Assembly (NCBI GenBank): GCA_030765405.1
Contig: JAVCCP010000054.1
Coordinates: forward strand, 1 to 57,413
Source: Candidatus Ancaeobacter aquaticus
GTDB lineage: Bacteria; Auribacterota; Ancaeobacteria; Ancaeobacterales; Ancaeobacteraceae
Direction of reading: 5' to 3'
Length of the DNA stretch: 57,413 nt
In this document: positions 18,944 to 28,491 of the stretch, piece after piece
How positions within the stretch are numbered: position 1 is the first letter of the stretch
How the letters are laid out: each line of letters begins with the position of its first letter
Notes under the pieces: generated by a model
Databases searched by the model: none
What the model saw: only the letters and a program-made list of their open reading frames with translations
Told to the model about the DNA's origin: nothing
Program-made: the position numbers and the translations under genes

Positions 18944-20026
18944 ATGAAACAGATTAAAGTGAATCTTGATAAAAGATCGTATAAGATAATAATTGAACAT
19001 GGGGTGTTGTCACGTGCTGGAGAATTGGTGTCAAAACGTGTTTCTTCTAAACGCGGTGTTATTATTACCAATAATACAGTGAGCAAGCTCTATCTTGAGA
19101 AGCTTGAAAAATCTTTTGAATCTGAAGAACTTGATTGTGAAGTGATAAAAATACCTGATGGTGAACAGTATAAGACTTTAAAAACGTGTGAAACAATTTT
19201 TGATAGAATGGTAGATGCTCGTATTGATCGAACAGGTTTTGTTGTTGCTTTGGGCGGTGGCGTTGTCGGTGATATAGCAGGTTATGTTGCATCAACCTAT
19301 ATGCGCGGTATTGAATTTGTTCAAATACCAACGACATTGCTTGCCCATGTTGACAGCAGTGTTGGGGGAAAAGTAGGGGTTAATCTCAAAAAAGGAAAGA
19401 ATCTTGTTGGTTCATTCTACCAGCCAACGATAGTACTCATTGATCCCTCAGTATTGGAAACATTACCTGAAAGAGAATATGCTGCCGGTATCACTGAAGT
19501 AATTAAATACGGCATTATTTGGGAAAAGAGTTTTTTCTCTTATCTTGAGAGAAATATGGACAAGCTCTTAAGTCATGATAATACTGTTTTAGAAAAAGTT
19601 ATAGCGGTATCGTGTGATATTAAAGCAAAAGTCGTTGAAGATGATGAACGTGAAGCAGGCTTGCGTGCAATACTGAATTATGGTCATACGGTTGGTCATG
19701 CTATTGAGTCTGCCACAAATTATAAAAAGTATTTGCATGGTGAAGCAATAAGCATCGGGATGTGTGCTGTATGCTATATGGGTATAGAACTTGGCATGAT
19801 CGATAAAGAAGTATGTGAGAGGATAGAGAAGCTGCTTGTACGTGCAGGGCTTCCTGTTAAAGCTGATGGGCCAAAGGCAAGTAGTGTTATAAAACGACTT
19901 CTTTTAGACAAAAAAGTTAGACAAGGTAAAGTACGATTTGTGTTGCCTCATGAAATCGGTAGAGTGATTATATGTGAAAGTATACCTCATGAGATCGTTA
20001 AACGCTCAGTTGAAAAGGTGCTATAA
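18944..20026 (+). CDS. aroB: 3-dehydroquinate synthase
   Basis: DGEQYK, ALGGGVVGD, PTTLLAHVDSSVGGK, LNYGHTVGHAIE, HGEA. Confidence 0.96.
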   Translation: MKQIKVNLDKRSYKIIIEHGVLSRAGELVSKRVSSKRGVIITNNTVSKLYLEKLEKSFESEELDCEVIKIPDGEQYKTLKTCETIFDRMVDARIDRTGFVVALGGGVVGDIAGYVASTYMRGIEFVQIPTTLLAHVDSSVGGKVGVNLKKGKNLVGSFYQPTIVLIDPSVLETLPEREYAAGITEVIKYGIIWEKSFFSYLERNMDKLLSHDNTVLEKVIAVSCDIKAKVVEDDEREAGLRAILNYGHTVGHAIESATNYKKYLHGEAISIGMCAVCYMGIELGMIDKEVCERIEKLLVRAGLPVKADGPKASSVIKRLLLDKKVRQGKVRFVLPHEIGRVIICESIPHEIVKRSVEKVL

Positions 20027-20064
20027 ATCAGTATTATAGTGCATAGATCAGGTTTAGGACGTTA

Positions 20065-21174
20065 TTGTATATGGAAAGAAGTGAAGCCCTTTTAGTATTA
20101 AATGCTATTGATGGACTCGGTTCCCTGCGTATTAGGAAGCTTATTGAAGAGTTTGAAACACCAGAGCGTGTGTTGGCGCAAAACAAAAGTTCACTTATGC
20201 AGGTTAGTGGTATAGGAGATGTTATTGCCGGCTCTCTTATAGCATGGGAAAAATCATTTAATTTAGAAAAAGAACTGGATCTTATCTCGTCAGGTGGAGT
20301 TGCCATTGTTTCTTTTTATGATGAATCTTATCCTGCACATCTTAAAGAAATCTATGACCCACCGATTGTCTTATATGTTAAAGGGCAGTTAGATGTCTCC
20401 GGACGTCCGATGATAGGTGTTGTTGGGTCACGATGGGCATCAGTGTATGGAAAAGATACCGCAAAAAAGATATCTGCAGATTTATCTTATCGCGGTTTTA
20501 TTGTTGTGAGTGGTCTTGCCCGTGGCATTGATACCAATGCTCATCAGGGGGCTCTTAACGCAAATGGTTCGACATATGCCGTTTTAGGGAACGGTTTGTC
20601 AACGGTGTATCCGCGGGAAAATAAGTCTTTGGCTGATAAAATAATTTGTGACGGAGCGCTCATATCTGAATTTCCCATGGAAACGATACCTGATAAGAAA
20701 AATTTTCCGAGGCGTAATCGTATCATTAGCGGGTTGTCTCTTGGTGTAGTTGTTGTTGAAGCGGCTAAGAGAAGCGGAGCACTTATTACTGCCCGATATG
20801 CATTAGAACATAATAGAACAGTATGTGCTGTTCCCGGGAGAATTGATATCAGGACATCAGAGGGAACAAACGAACTTATAAAAGATGGGGCCAAGGTTGT
20901 GACTCACGTACAGGATATTGTTGATGAATTTGAATATATTCTTCCTGACATTAGGAAAGTATCGCAAGAGGTAACAACAGAGAGAGCTCCGAGCGTGAAT
21001 CTCACAGAAAATGAAGAACAATTATTCAGGCATATTTCAGAAGATGAAATTTCAATAGATACATTAATACAAAAATGTGGTATCGGAGCGGGTAAGGTCC
21101 TAGGAGGGCTGCTGTCATTAGAGCTTAAGAATCTTATACGTCAATTACCGGGAAAACAATTTGTGAGGATATAA
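20065..21174 (+). CDS. dprA: DNA-processing protein DprA/Smf
   Basis: IYDPPIVLYVKG, VGSR, VSGLARGIDT, FPRRNRIISGLS, SGALITA. Confidence 0.95.
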   Translation: MYMERSEALLVLNAIDGLGSLRIRKLIEEFETPERVLAQNKSSLMQVSGIGDVIAGSLIAWEKSFNLEKELDLISSGGVAIVSFYDESYPAHLKEIYDPPIVLYVKGQLDVSGRPMIGVVGSRWASVYGKDTAKKISADLSYRGFIVVSGLARGIDTNAHQGALNANGSTYAVLGNGLSTVYPRENKSLADKIICDGALISEFPMETIPDKKNFPRRNRIISGLSLGVVVVEAAKRSGALITARYALEHNRTVCAVPGRIDIRTSEGTNELIKDGAKVVTHVQDIVDEFEYILPDIRKVSQEVTTERAPSVNLTENEEQLFRHISEDEISIDTLIQKCGIGAGKVLGGLLSLELKNLIRQLPGKQFVRI

Positions 21175-23277
21175 ATGGGAAAATCAATGGTAATAGTTGA
21201 GTCACCTGCAAAGGCAAAGACAATTAATAAATATCTCGGCAAAGACTATATTGTGAGAGCGTCAATGGGGCATGTACGTGATTTGCCTAAATCTAAGATG
21301 GGTGTTGATCTTGAAAACGGTTTTATCCCGAGCTATATTACGCTTACCCCGAGAAAAAAGATGGTTACCGCATTAAAAAAAGAATTAAAAGATGCTGATA
21401 ATCTGTATCTTGCTCCTGACCCTGATAGAGAAGGGGAGGCTATTGCATGGCATCTTGCAGAAGCACTTGGTTTTGATAAGAAGAAAACGTTCCGGGTAAC
21501 ATTTAATGAGATTACTTCACGAGCGATCAAAGATGCTTTTATCGCTCCCCGTAAAGTTGATATGGATAAAGTTGAGTCACAGCAGGCGCGAAGGATTTTA
21601 GACAGGATTGTGGGGTATAAAATTAGTCCGCTTTTATGGAAAAAGGTTGGAAGCGGGTTAAGCGCTGGACGTGTGCAATCCGTTGCCGTGCGGATTATCT
21701 GTGACCGTGAAGCGGAGATAGAAGGATTTGTAGCGAAAGAGTATTGGTCAATTGAAGTTCTCTTAGAAAAGAAAGATGAGAAAAAAGAACAATTTTGGGC
21801 TGAATTAAAGAAAATTGAAGGTAAAAAAATTGATGTAGACAATGAAAAACATGCTCTTGATATACAAGAGGCAATTATGAAAGAAGAGTTTGTTGTAAAG
21901 GATATTAGGGAACGGCAAAAGAGAGAGAATGCATCTCCACCGTTTATTACCAGTCAGTTGCAACAGGCTGCAGTAAATAAATTCGGATGGTCTATTAATA
22001 ATACAATGAGAATTGCTCAGCAGCTTTACGAAGGTCTTGATATTGGCCCGGATGGCATGACAGGTCTTATAACGTATATGAGAACTGACTCATATAACAT
22101 ATCGCAGCAGGCGAAAGATGAAGCAAAAGAATATATTTTAAAAAATCATGGCGATAAATATATACCGGAAAGCGAAGCTAAATATAAGAAAAAGAAGGGT
22201 GCTCAGGAAGCCCATGAATGTATTCGTCCCAGTTCAGTTTTACTGGATCCCGAGAAGATAAAACAGTATCTTTCATCTGAGCAATACAGACTATATAAAC
22301 TTATATGGCAACGATTCTTAGCTAGTCAGATGGCTCCAGCGGTATATCTTATAATGGCTGTGGATATTGAGGCCGGAAAATGTCTTTTTCATGCGGGTGG
22401 TTCAACCGTGCTTTTTGATGGACATACTGTTGTTAGTAAGCATGATCAAAAGGAAGCTGAAGAAGACGCTGAATCAGCTGAATCAAAAGAGTCATCGGAT
22501 AAAAAGAATAAATATTTGCCACAGCTTACCGTTGGTGAATTGCTCTCAATGATTGAGTGTAAACCTGGTCAGCATTTTACTAAGCCGCCACCACGGTATA
22601 CTGAAGCGACACTTGTTCGAGCATTAGAAGAAAATGGGATCGGTCGACCAAGTACATATGCTCCTACTATTCAGACAATCATTAAACGTTCGTATGTAAC
22701 AAAAGAAAAAAGATCTTTGTTTCCGACAGAACTTGGTAAATCTGTGACACAATTGCTCGTAGATCATTTTCCTCATATAGTCGAGGTTGATTTTACCGCC
22801 GAGATGGAAACATTTTTAGATAATATTGAAAAAGGAAAAATGGGCTGGCAGCGCGTTCTTGAAGATTTTTATGGTCCCTTTGCAAAAACATATGATGAAG
22901 CGGTAGAAAAAATGAAGGATGTTAAAAAAGTTGTCATTGAGACCGATGAAGTCTGTGGAAAATGCGGGAAGCCAATGGTTATTAAGTTGGGCCGTCATGG
23001 CCAGTTTATGGCCTGTAGCGGTTTCCCTGATTGTAAACATACGCGCTCTATACCCACGGGAGTTAAATGCCCTCAATGCGACGGGAACGTAGTGAAAAGA
23101 AAATCTAAAAGAGGGTCTACCTTTTACGGATGTGATCAGTATCCGAACTGTAAATATGTTTCAAAGTTTCTTAATCCACCCAAAAAAGATGAAGATGGAA
23201 ATCAAGAGCAAAAACCGCAAGAAGAAGCTAGTAATCAAGAACAAAAAACACGAGAAGAAGAAAAAAAAGATGATTAG
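21175..23277 (+). CDS. topA: DNA topoisomerase I
   Basis: IVESPAKAKTI, DPDREGEAI, SAGRVQS, ITYMRTDS, two C-terminal Zn ribbons. Confidence 0.97.
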   Translation: MGKSMVIVESPAKAKTINKYLGKDYIVRASMGHVRDLPKSKMGVDLENGFIPSYITLTPRKKMVTALKKELKDADNLYLAPDPDREGEAIAWHLAEALGFDKKKTFRVTFNEITSRAIKDAFIAPRKVDMDKVESQQARRILDRIVGYKISPLLWKKVGSGLSAGRVQSVAVRIICDREAEIEGFVAKEYWSIEVLLEKKDEKKEQFWAELKKIEGKKIDVDNEKHALDIQEAIMKEEFVVKDIRERQKRENASPPFITSQLQQAAVNKFGWSINNTMRIAQQLYEGLDIGPDGMTGLITYMRTDSYNISQQAKDEAKEYILKNHGDKYIPESEAKYKKKKGAQEAHECIRPSSVLLDPEKIKQYLSSEQYRLYKLIWQRFLASQMAPAVYLIMAVDIEAGKCLFHAGGSTVLFDGHTVVSKHDQKEAEEDAESAESKESSDKKNKYLPQLTVGELLSMIECKPGQHFTKPPPRYTEATLVRALEENGIGRPSTYAPTIQTIIKRSYVTKEKRSLFPTELGKSVTQLLVDHFPHIVEVDFTAEMETFLDNIEKGKMGWQRVLEDFYGPFAKTYDEAVEKMKDVKKVVIETDEVCGKCGKPMVIKLGRHGQFMACSGFPDCKHTRSIPTGVKCPQCDGNVVKRKSKRGSTFYGCDQYPNCKYVSKFLNPPKKDEDGNQEQKPQEEASNQEQKTREEEKKDD

Positions 23278-24157
23278 TTCTCATAGTAATGATTTTTTAA
23301 AATATTTGGATGCCGAGAAAAATGCGTCTATCCATACGATAAAGAATTATGCTGAAGATTTGAAACAATTTGAGTCTTTCCTTGAGTCGCTTTCCAAGGA
23401 GCGTAAAAAAACTCTGCTTTTGACTGATATAGATCACCTAGTATTGAGAAGATTTTTGGTGAAATTTCAATCTTATAATTATTCTAAACGAACCATTGCG
23501 CGGAAATTAGCTACGCTGCGGTCATTCTTTAAGTTTCTCGTTCGAGAGGAAGTGTTAAAGACAAGCCCAATGACAGGGATAAGTTCTCCGAAGCTGAATA
23601 AGCCGCTTCCACATTTCTTAGATGTAAATGAAGTAACAAGATTAATTGAGTCTCCTGATTGCACCGATGTTTCAGGTTTGCGAGATAGGGCTATTATGGA
23701 AATTTTCTATTCAAGTGGTGTAAGAATAAGCGAACTTGTATCACTTGATGTTAATAATGTGGATTTTGTCGGTGAGATCATGAAAGTTCGCGGTAAAGGT
23801 AAGAAAGAACGGCTTGTCCCCATTGGCAATACGGCTATATCTATACTCGTTGATTATCTTAAGAAACGAGAGTCCCAGTCAAATGCTGTCTTTTTGAATA
23901 AATATGGCGATAGGATTACTGTGCGGAGCGTTGAGAGAATGCTGCAAAAATATCTCAGGAAAACTGCTATTGATAAGAATATTTCCCCGCATGCCTTGAG
24001 ACATACATTTGCAACGCATATGCTTGATGCAGGTGCTAATTTACGCGTTGTGCAGGAACTTCTTGGTCATAAAAATTTATCGACGACACAGATATATACA
24101 CATGTGACAGCTGAAAAAATGAAGAAAGTATACGACAAAGCGCATCCACGAGCGTGA
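23270..24157 (+). CDS. xerC: Tyrosine recombinase XerC
   Basis: GKGKKERLVP, SPHALRHTFATHML, LLGH, TTQIYTHV; dprA-topA-xerC context; start set to ATG 23270 overlapping the topA stop. Confidence 0.88.
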   Translation: MISSHSNDFLKYLDAEKNASIHTIKNYAEDLKQFESFLESLSKERKKTLLLTDIDHLVLRRFLVKFQSYNYSKRTIARKLATLRSFFKFLVREEVLKTSPMTGISSPKLNKPLPHFLDVNEVTRLIESPDCTDVSGLRDRAIMEIFYSSGVRISELVSLDVNNVDFVGEIMKVRGKGKKERLVPIGNTAISILVDYLKKRESQSNAVFLNKYGDRITVRSVERMLQKYLRKTAIDKNISPHALRHTFATHMLDAGANLRVVQELLGHKNLSTTQIYTHVTAEKMKKVYDKAHPRA

Positions 24158-24185
24158 TAAGCTATAAGCTGTAAATTTTAAGCTA
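24158..24185. repeat. 7-bp tandem units TAAGCTA after the xerC stop
   Basis: taagcta taagctg taaattt taagcta. Confidence 0.7.
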
Positions 24186-24246
24186 TAAAAAATAAATTAA
24201 AAACAAATCTGCCTTCGGTAGAGATATATTAAATATTGAGAATATT

Positions 24247-25551
24247 ATGATGAGAGTTGTCTATAACGTAGGAATATACATCTATTTTATTATATCGTCC
24301 CCGTACTATATCTTCAGTCTGTTTACAAGGGAAAAATATAGAGCGGGATTTAGGTCGCGATTAGGTTTTATTCCCAAAAAAATTGTTAAACAGGTTAAAG
24401 GTAGAAAATCAATTTGGTTTCATGCTGTTAGTGTTGGAGAAGTGCTTGCCGTTCTCCCATTAATTGAACTTACGAAACAAGTGTTTCCTCAATATCATAT
24501 AGTGTTATCTACAACAACAATGACATCTAACATACTTGCGCGTAATGATGAACGTACGGGTGACATATCTGTTGTTTATTTTCCGCTGGATTTTCCGTGG
24601 GCTGTTAAGAAATTTATGTCGGTTATACATCCACAACTTATTGTATTAACAGAAACTGAAATATGGCCGAACTTTTTAGCGTGTGCGGCAAGTAGGAATA
24701 TTCCCGTTATTCTCGCTAACGGAAGGATTTCACCAAATTCGTTTAAACATTATATTCTCATTAAAGATTTCTTTAAAGAGGTCGTAAAAGATATAGCTTT
24801 GTTTGGAATGCAATCTGAAGAATATAGTCAAAGGATCATCGCTCTTGGTGCCCCGTCAGAACGTGTTGTTGTTACCGGAAACTTGAAGTATGATGCTATG
24901 AAAAAGATTGATACATTAGGTGATGGTAATAATGCTTTGCGGAAAATGCTTAATATACCTGATGATGCGTGTGTTCTTGTCGGGGGAAGTACTCATCCCG
25001 GAGAAGATGAAATATTGATAGATATCTATACACGGTTAAAGACACAGCATAAAAAGTTAACTCTTATTATTGCTCCTAGACATATTGAACGTGCACAATC
25101 GATAAAAAATTATGCTATAGAAAAAGCGACGAAGGTTATTTTAAAAACAAATATTGCCAGTCAGGATAATACCATTTATGATATAATAATACTTGATACT
25201 ATCGGAGAGTTATCTAAAATTTATTCGATAAGTGATATAGTATTTGTTGGTAAGAGTCTTGTTGTCGGTGGGGGGCAAAATATACTAGAGCCGGCATTTT
25301 ATGGTAATGTTGTTGTTTACGGTCCTTTAATGGACAATTTTAAAGAAGAAGCCGCTGAATTATTGCAAGGAGATGGCTCCGTTCAGGTTAAAGATAAAGA
25401 TGAACTTGAGAATTTGTTTCACTCTCTTCTTGCTGACAGTGAACGTATGAAGGTACTAGGCAAGAATGCGGCGCGTATCGTTGAACAATATCGGGGCGGT
25501 ATTTTAGACAAGAATATTACCCTTATTAAAAATATGTTGGAGAAGAGATAG
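24247..25551 (+). CDS. waaA: Kdo transferase
   Basis: WFHAVSVGEV, YFPLD, ETEIWPN, GNLKYD, GSTHPGE, APRHIER, GGQNILEPA. Confidence 0.93.
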   Translation: MMRVVYNVGIYIYFIISSPYYIFSLFTREKYRAGFRSRLGFIPKKIVKQVKGRKSIWFHAVSVGEVLAVLPLIELTKQVFPQYHIVLSTTTMTSNILARNDERTGDISVVYFPLDFPWAVKKFMSVIHPQLIVLTETEIWPNFLACAASRNIPVILANGRISPNSFKHYILIKDFFKEVVKDIALFGMQSEEYSQRIIALGAPSERVVVTGNLKYDAMKKIDTLGDGNNALRKMLNIPDDACVLVGGSTHPGEDEILIDIYTRLKTQHKKLTLIIAPRHIERAQSIKNYAIEKATKVILKTNIASQDNTIYDIIILDTIGELSKIYSISDIVFVGKSLVVGGGQNILEPAFYGNVVVYGPLMDNFKEEAAELLQGDGSVQVKDKDELENLFHSLLADSERMKVLGKNAARIVEQYRGGILDKNITLIKNMLEKR

Positions 25552-26040
25552 ATGGAAATTACACGATTTCTGAAAAAAGGTGCCATTATAGTCAATGCGG
25601 GTGCTCGATCAAGAGATGAGATAATTAAATGTATGGTTAATTCTCTTTGCGGTGAGTATGGACTTGGTGAGAAGCAAGATATAATCTTAGAAACTGTGTA
25701 TGCGCGAGAACAGGATAAATCAACCGGATTAGGGAGTGAACTTGCTATTCCGCATGCGCGTACAGATCTCGTAGATGATATTTATGTTTCAGTGGCAATA
25801 TCACGTGAAGGTATTGAGTGGGAGTCAGATGATAATCTTCCGGTAAAGTATGTTTTTCTTGTTGTTGGAGCTGCCAAAGCTGCTGAAGCATATCTAAAGG
25901 TGCTTGCTGATATATCACGTTTGATCAAAAGAGTTGATATGAAGCAAGGTTTGCTACAGGCAGAGACACCCGATGAGGTGTTACGCATTATCGAGTCCGC
26001 CAAACCTCGTGAGCATCAACATCCGGATGATGCCCAATAA
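25552..26040 (+). CDS. PTS EIIA (fructose/Ntr type) domain protein
   Basis: [19 protein letters not shown] with phosphorylatable His; [17 protein letters not shown]. Confidence 0.85.
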   Translation: MEITRFLKKGAIIVNAGARSRDEIIKCMVNSLCGEYGLGEKQDIILETVYAREQDKSTGLGSELAIPHARTDLVDDIYVSVAISREGIEWESDDNLPVKYVFLVVGAAKAAEAYLKVLADISRLIKRVDMKQGLLQAETPDEVLRIIESAKPREHQHPDDAQ

Positions 26041-26090
26041 CTTGCCTCATTTAGTATGACAATGAAGTTCCAAACCATTTATAAGATTTT

Positions 26091-27230
26091 ATGAAAACAC
26101 AAATTGAAACATATATTATTGACGTTATATATGGCAGGGAAAAAGGCTGGAAAGCTGAAGTTCTCCGTAAAGTCTTGTTTCTTTTCTCTAAACTGTATAG
26201 CGTTATAGTGAGATTGAGACTGTTTTTATATAACTGTGGCGTGTTTAGAAAAAAAACGTTGGGATGTCTTATTATAAGTATCGGTAATATTACTGTTGGG
26301 GGTACGGGTAAAACGCCGCTTGTTGAAATGTTTGCCCGTGAATTAACAATCGGTAAAAGAAAAGTAGCGGTATTATCAAGAGGATATAAAAGAAAGAAAC
26401 ATTTTTCAGTAAAGAATCTACTCAGTAAAGAGTGGTGGATACACAGCCCACTCGTTGTTTCAAATGGTGAAAAGGTGATGCATGGCTCAAAGGATGCTGG
26501 TGATGAACCGTATATGCTCGCAAAAAATCTCAGTGATGTAATTATACTTGTTGATAAAAATAGAGTTAAATCCGGAAGTTACGCAATAGAGAATTATGGT
26601 GTGGATACACTTATTCTTGATGATGGATTTCAGTATCTTCCGCTCAATAGAAGACTGAATATAGTTCTTGTTGATGCAACAAATCCTTTTGGCAACGGCC
26701 ATCTTCTTCCGAGAGGTATTTTACGTGAACCGCTCACTCATTTATCCCGTGCAGATATTTTCTTTATCACTAAAGCAGATGGCAGGGATACGCAGGATAT
26801 CAAGAATCGTTTAAGACAATATAATGAGCGAGCTGAAATAGTAGAATGTTGTTACGAACCAATGCATCTTGTGGAAATGTATTCAAATGAACACAAGGAG
26901 CTTTCAAGCATAGAAAGAAAAAAAGTGGTAGCAGTGACAGCTATTGCTGATCCTGAAGGATTCGAAAGCCTCATAGAACGATTAGGCGGAACAATTGTTA
27001 CGCGGTATCGTTATCCCGATCATCATCGTTTTACTCATAATGAAATAGAGACTGTCGTAGAGACATGTAAAAAAACGGCAGATATCATTTTGATTACTGA
27101 AAAAGATTCGGTAAGATTTCCTATCCTAAAAGATTGTTCTCTTCCAATTGCCTATTTAAAAGTTGAAGTAAAGATTAAAAGCGGGGCGTTAGACTTTAAA
27201 GACTGTGTGTCGCGGCTATGCGAGTATTAA
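26091..27230 (+). CDS. lpxK: Tetraacyldisaccharide 4'-kinase
   Basis: IGNITVGGTGKTP, LSRGYK, GDEPYMLA, LDDGFQY, LPRGILREP, YPDHH, ITEKD. Confidence 0.95.
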   Translation: MKTQIETYIIDVIYGREKGWKAEVLRKVLFLFSKLYSVIVRLRLFLYNCGVFRKKTLGCLIISIGNITVGGTGKTPLVEMFARELTIGKRKVAVLSRGYKRKKHFSVKNLLSKEWWIHSPLVVSNGEKVMHGSKDAGDEPYMLAKNLSDVIILVDKNRVKSGSYAIENYGVDTLILDDGFQYLPLNRRLNIVLVDATNPFGNGHLLPRGILREPLTHLSRADIFFITKADGRDTQDIKNRLRQYNERAEIVECCYEPMHLVEMYSNEHKELSSIERKKVVAVTAIADPEGFESLIERLGGTIVTRYRYPDHHRFTHNEIETVVETCKKTADIILITEKDSVRFPILKDCSLPIAYLKVEVKIKSGALDFKDCVSRLCEY

Positions 27231-27322
27231 TTTCGTTCATGGCATATCGTTCATAGTTCATCGAAAATATTTATACCATAAAGGCAAATCGAACTACGAA
27301 TCACGAGATACGAACTACGAAA
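27231..27322. repeat. Heptamer-periodic inverted element between convergent lpxK and LysM genes
   Basis: tttcgtt catggca tatcgtt catagtt ... atcgaac tacgaat cacgaga tacgaac tacgaaa; shares ACGAGATACG with 1250-1259. Confidence 0.75.
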
Positions 27323-27326
27323 TGTT

Positions 27327-27941
27327 TTATTCAGGAACAATCAGTTCTTGTCCTACTCTTACCTTATTTGGATCGTCAATATCGTTTGCATCCATAAGTT
27401 CATCAATTGTTGTATTATAAGCGCTGGCAATCTCGGAAAGTGTTTCTCCCGACTGAATAACATGGATACCGTCTTTAGATGTTAATACGGATGATCGTTT
27501 TGATGATGTGCGTTTATGTGATGAAATCTTGCTGATTTGAGCCATAATACGCTCATTCTCACGGGTTACTTCATCAAGTACAGCATTAAGCCTATTGTTA
27601 AAGATTTTAGAGCTTTCTACTCGTTTAGTATCAGCCGAAACAACAGCGTTGTGCAGCTTTTTGAGTTTTTGCTCTATAACTGTATTGTTTTGTATAATAG
27701 ATGACTTAAGCTCAGCTAATTCTTTCTCGAGATCTTCAGTTTTTTTGTTCGCTTCAGCAACTTTCCACTTGACTTCATCCGTTACAGAGCGGGTCTTATA
27801 TAATTCTTCCGAAACATTTGACTTAATAGACTGAAACTCATCTTTTCTGACGACATCATTATCTGTTGCACACCCTGAGGTGAGAAAAAACGCCGTCAGA
27901 ATTAATGTATACATCGATATAGTTGTATTTTTATAATTCAT
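27327..27941 (-). CDS. Lipoprotein with coiled coil and C-terminal LysM domain
   Basis: Lipobox LTSGC; heptad-rich centre; HVIQSGETLSEIA...NDIDDPNKVRVGQELIVP. Confidence 0.85.
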   Translation of the reverse strand: MNYKNTTISMYTLILTAFFLTSGCATDNDVVRKDEFQSIKSNVSEELYKTRSVTDEVKWKVAEANKKTEDLEKELAELKSSIIQNNTVIEQKLKKLHNAVVSADTKRVESSKIFNNRLNAVLDEVTRENERIMAQISKISSHKRTSSKRSSVLTSKDGIHVIQSGETLSEIASAYNTTIDELMDANDIDDPNKVRVGQELIVPE

Positions 27942-27970
27942 AGAATGTATAGTATCTTATCTTAATGCTA

Positions 27971-28468
27971 TTATTGAGATATTAGAAAATGCGCACGTCT
28001 ATTTTTATCCCATGCTTTCTTATCGTGTCCGCGATCTGCAGGATATTCTTCACCATAGCTGATAGTGTGTATCTTATTTGCCCCAACCCCCCAGTTTGAT
28101 ATGTACCGCCTTACTGCAAGAGCTCTATATTCTCCCAATGCAAGATTGTATTCTTTTGATCCACGTTCGTCACAGTGGCCTTCAACCATAACGTGTTTTT
28201 CAGGATTCTTTTTCATCCAACTGGCAATGTTTTTGAGTATTGCCTTAGAGTCATTGCGAATATCTGATTTATTGTAATCAAAATGTACATCCTGAAATTC
28301 TACGACGCCTTTCGGTTCGTAAAAGTTAATATTTATTTCGCTTAAAGGAATATCTTCAGGGCTGATAGCTGACTTATCTGTTGTTACTTTCTTCTTGGCG
28401 CATCCTGTTATTGAGAAGCATGCGATACCAATAATACACATTGAGAGAATAAAACGTTTTGCTATCAT
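27971..28468 (-). CDS. pal: Peptidoglycan-associated lipoprotein
   Basis: Lipobox SITGC, VHFDYNKS, VEGHCDERGSKEYNLALG, NRRA; ATG 28468 has RBS GAGGT. Confidence 0.93.
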   Translation of the reverse strand: MIAKRFILSMCIIGIACFSITGCAKKKVTTDKSAISPEDIPLSEININFYEPKGVVEFQDVHFDYNKSDIRNDSKAILKNIASWMKKNPEKHVMVEGHCDERGSKEYNLALGEYRALAVRRYISNWGVGANKIHTISYGEEYPADRGHDKKAWDKNRRAHFLISQ

Positions 28469-28491
28469 GACCGGTACCTCCTTAGTTAAAT

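Noticed and set aside
23132..23269. N-terminal extension of the xerC ORF
   Set aside because: Overlaps the topA 3' end in another frame; XerC-like sequence starts at ATG 23270
23270..24157. xerC as the integrase of a mobile element
   Set aside because: Housekeeping dprA-topA-xerC context, with no att sites or cargo
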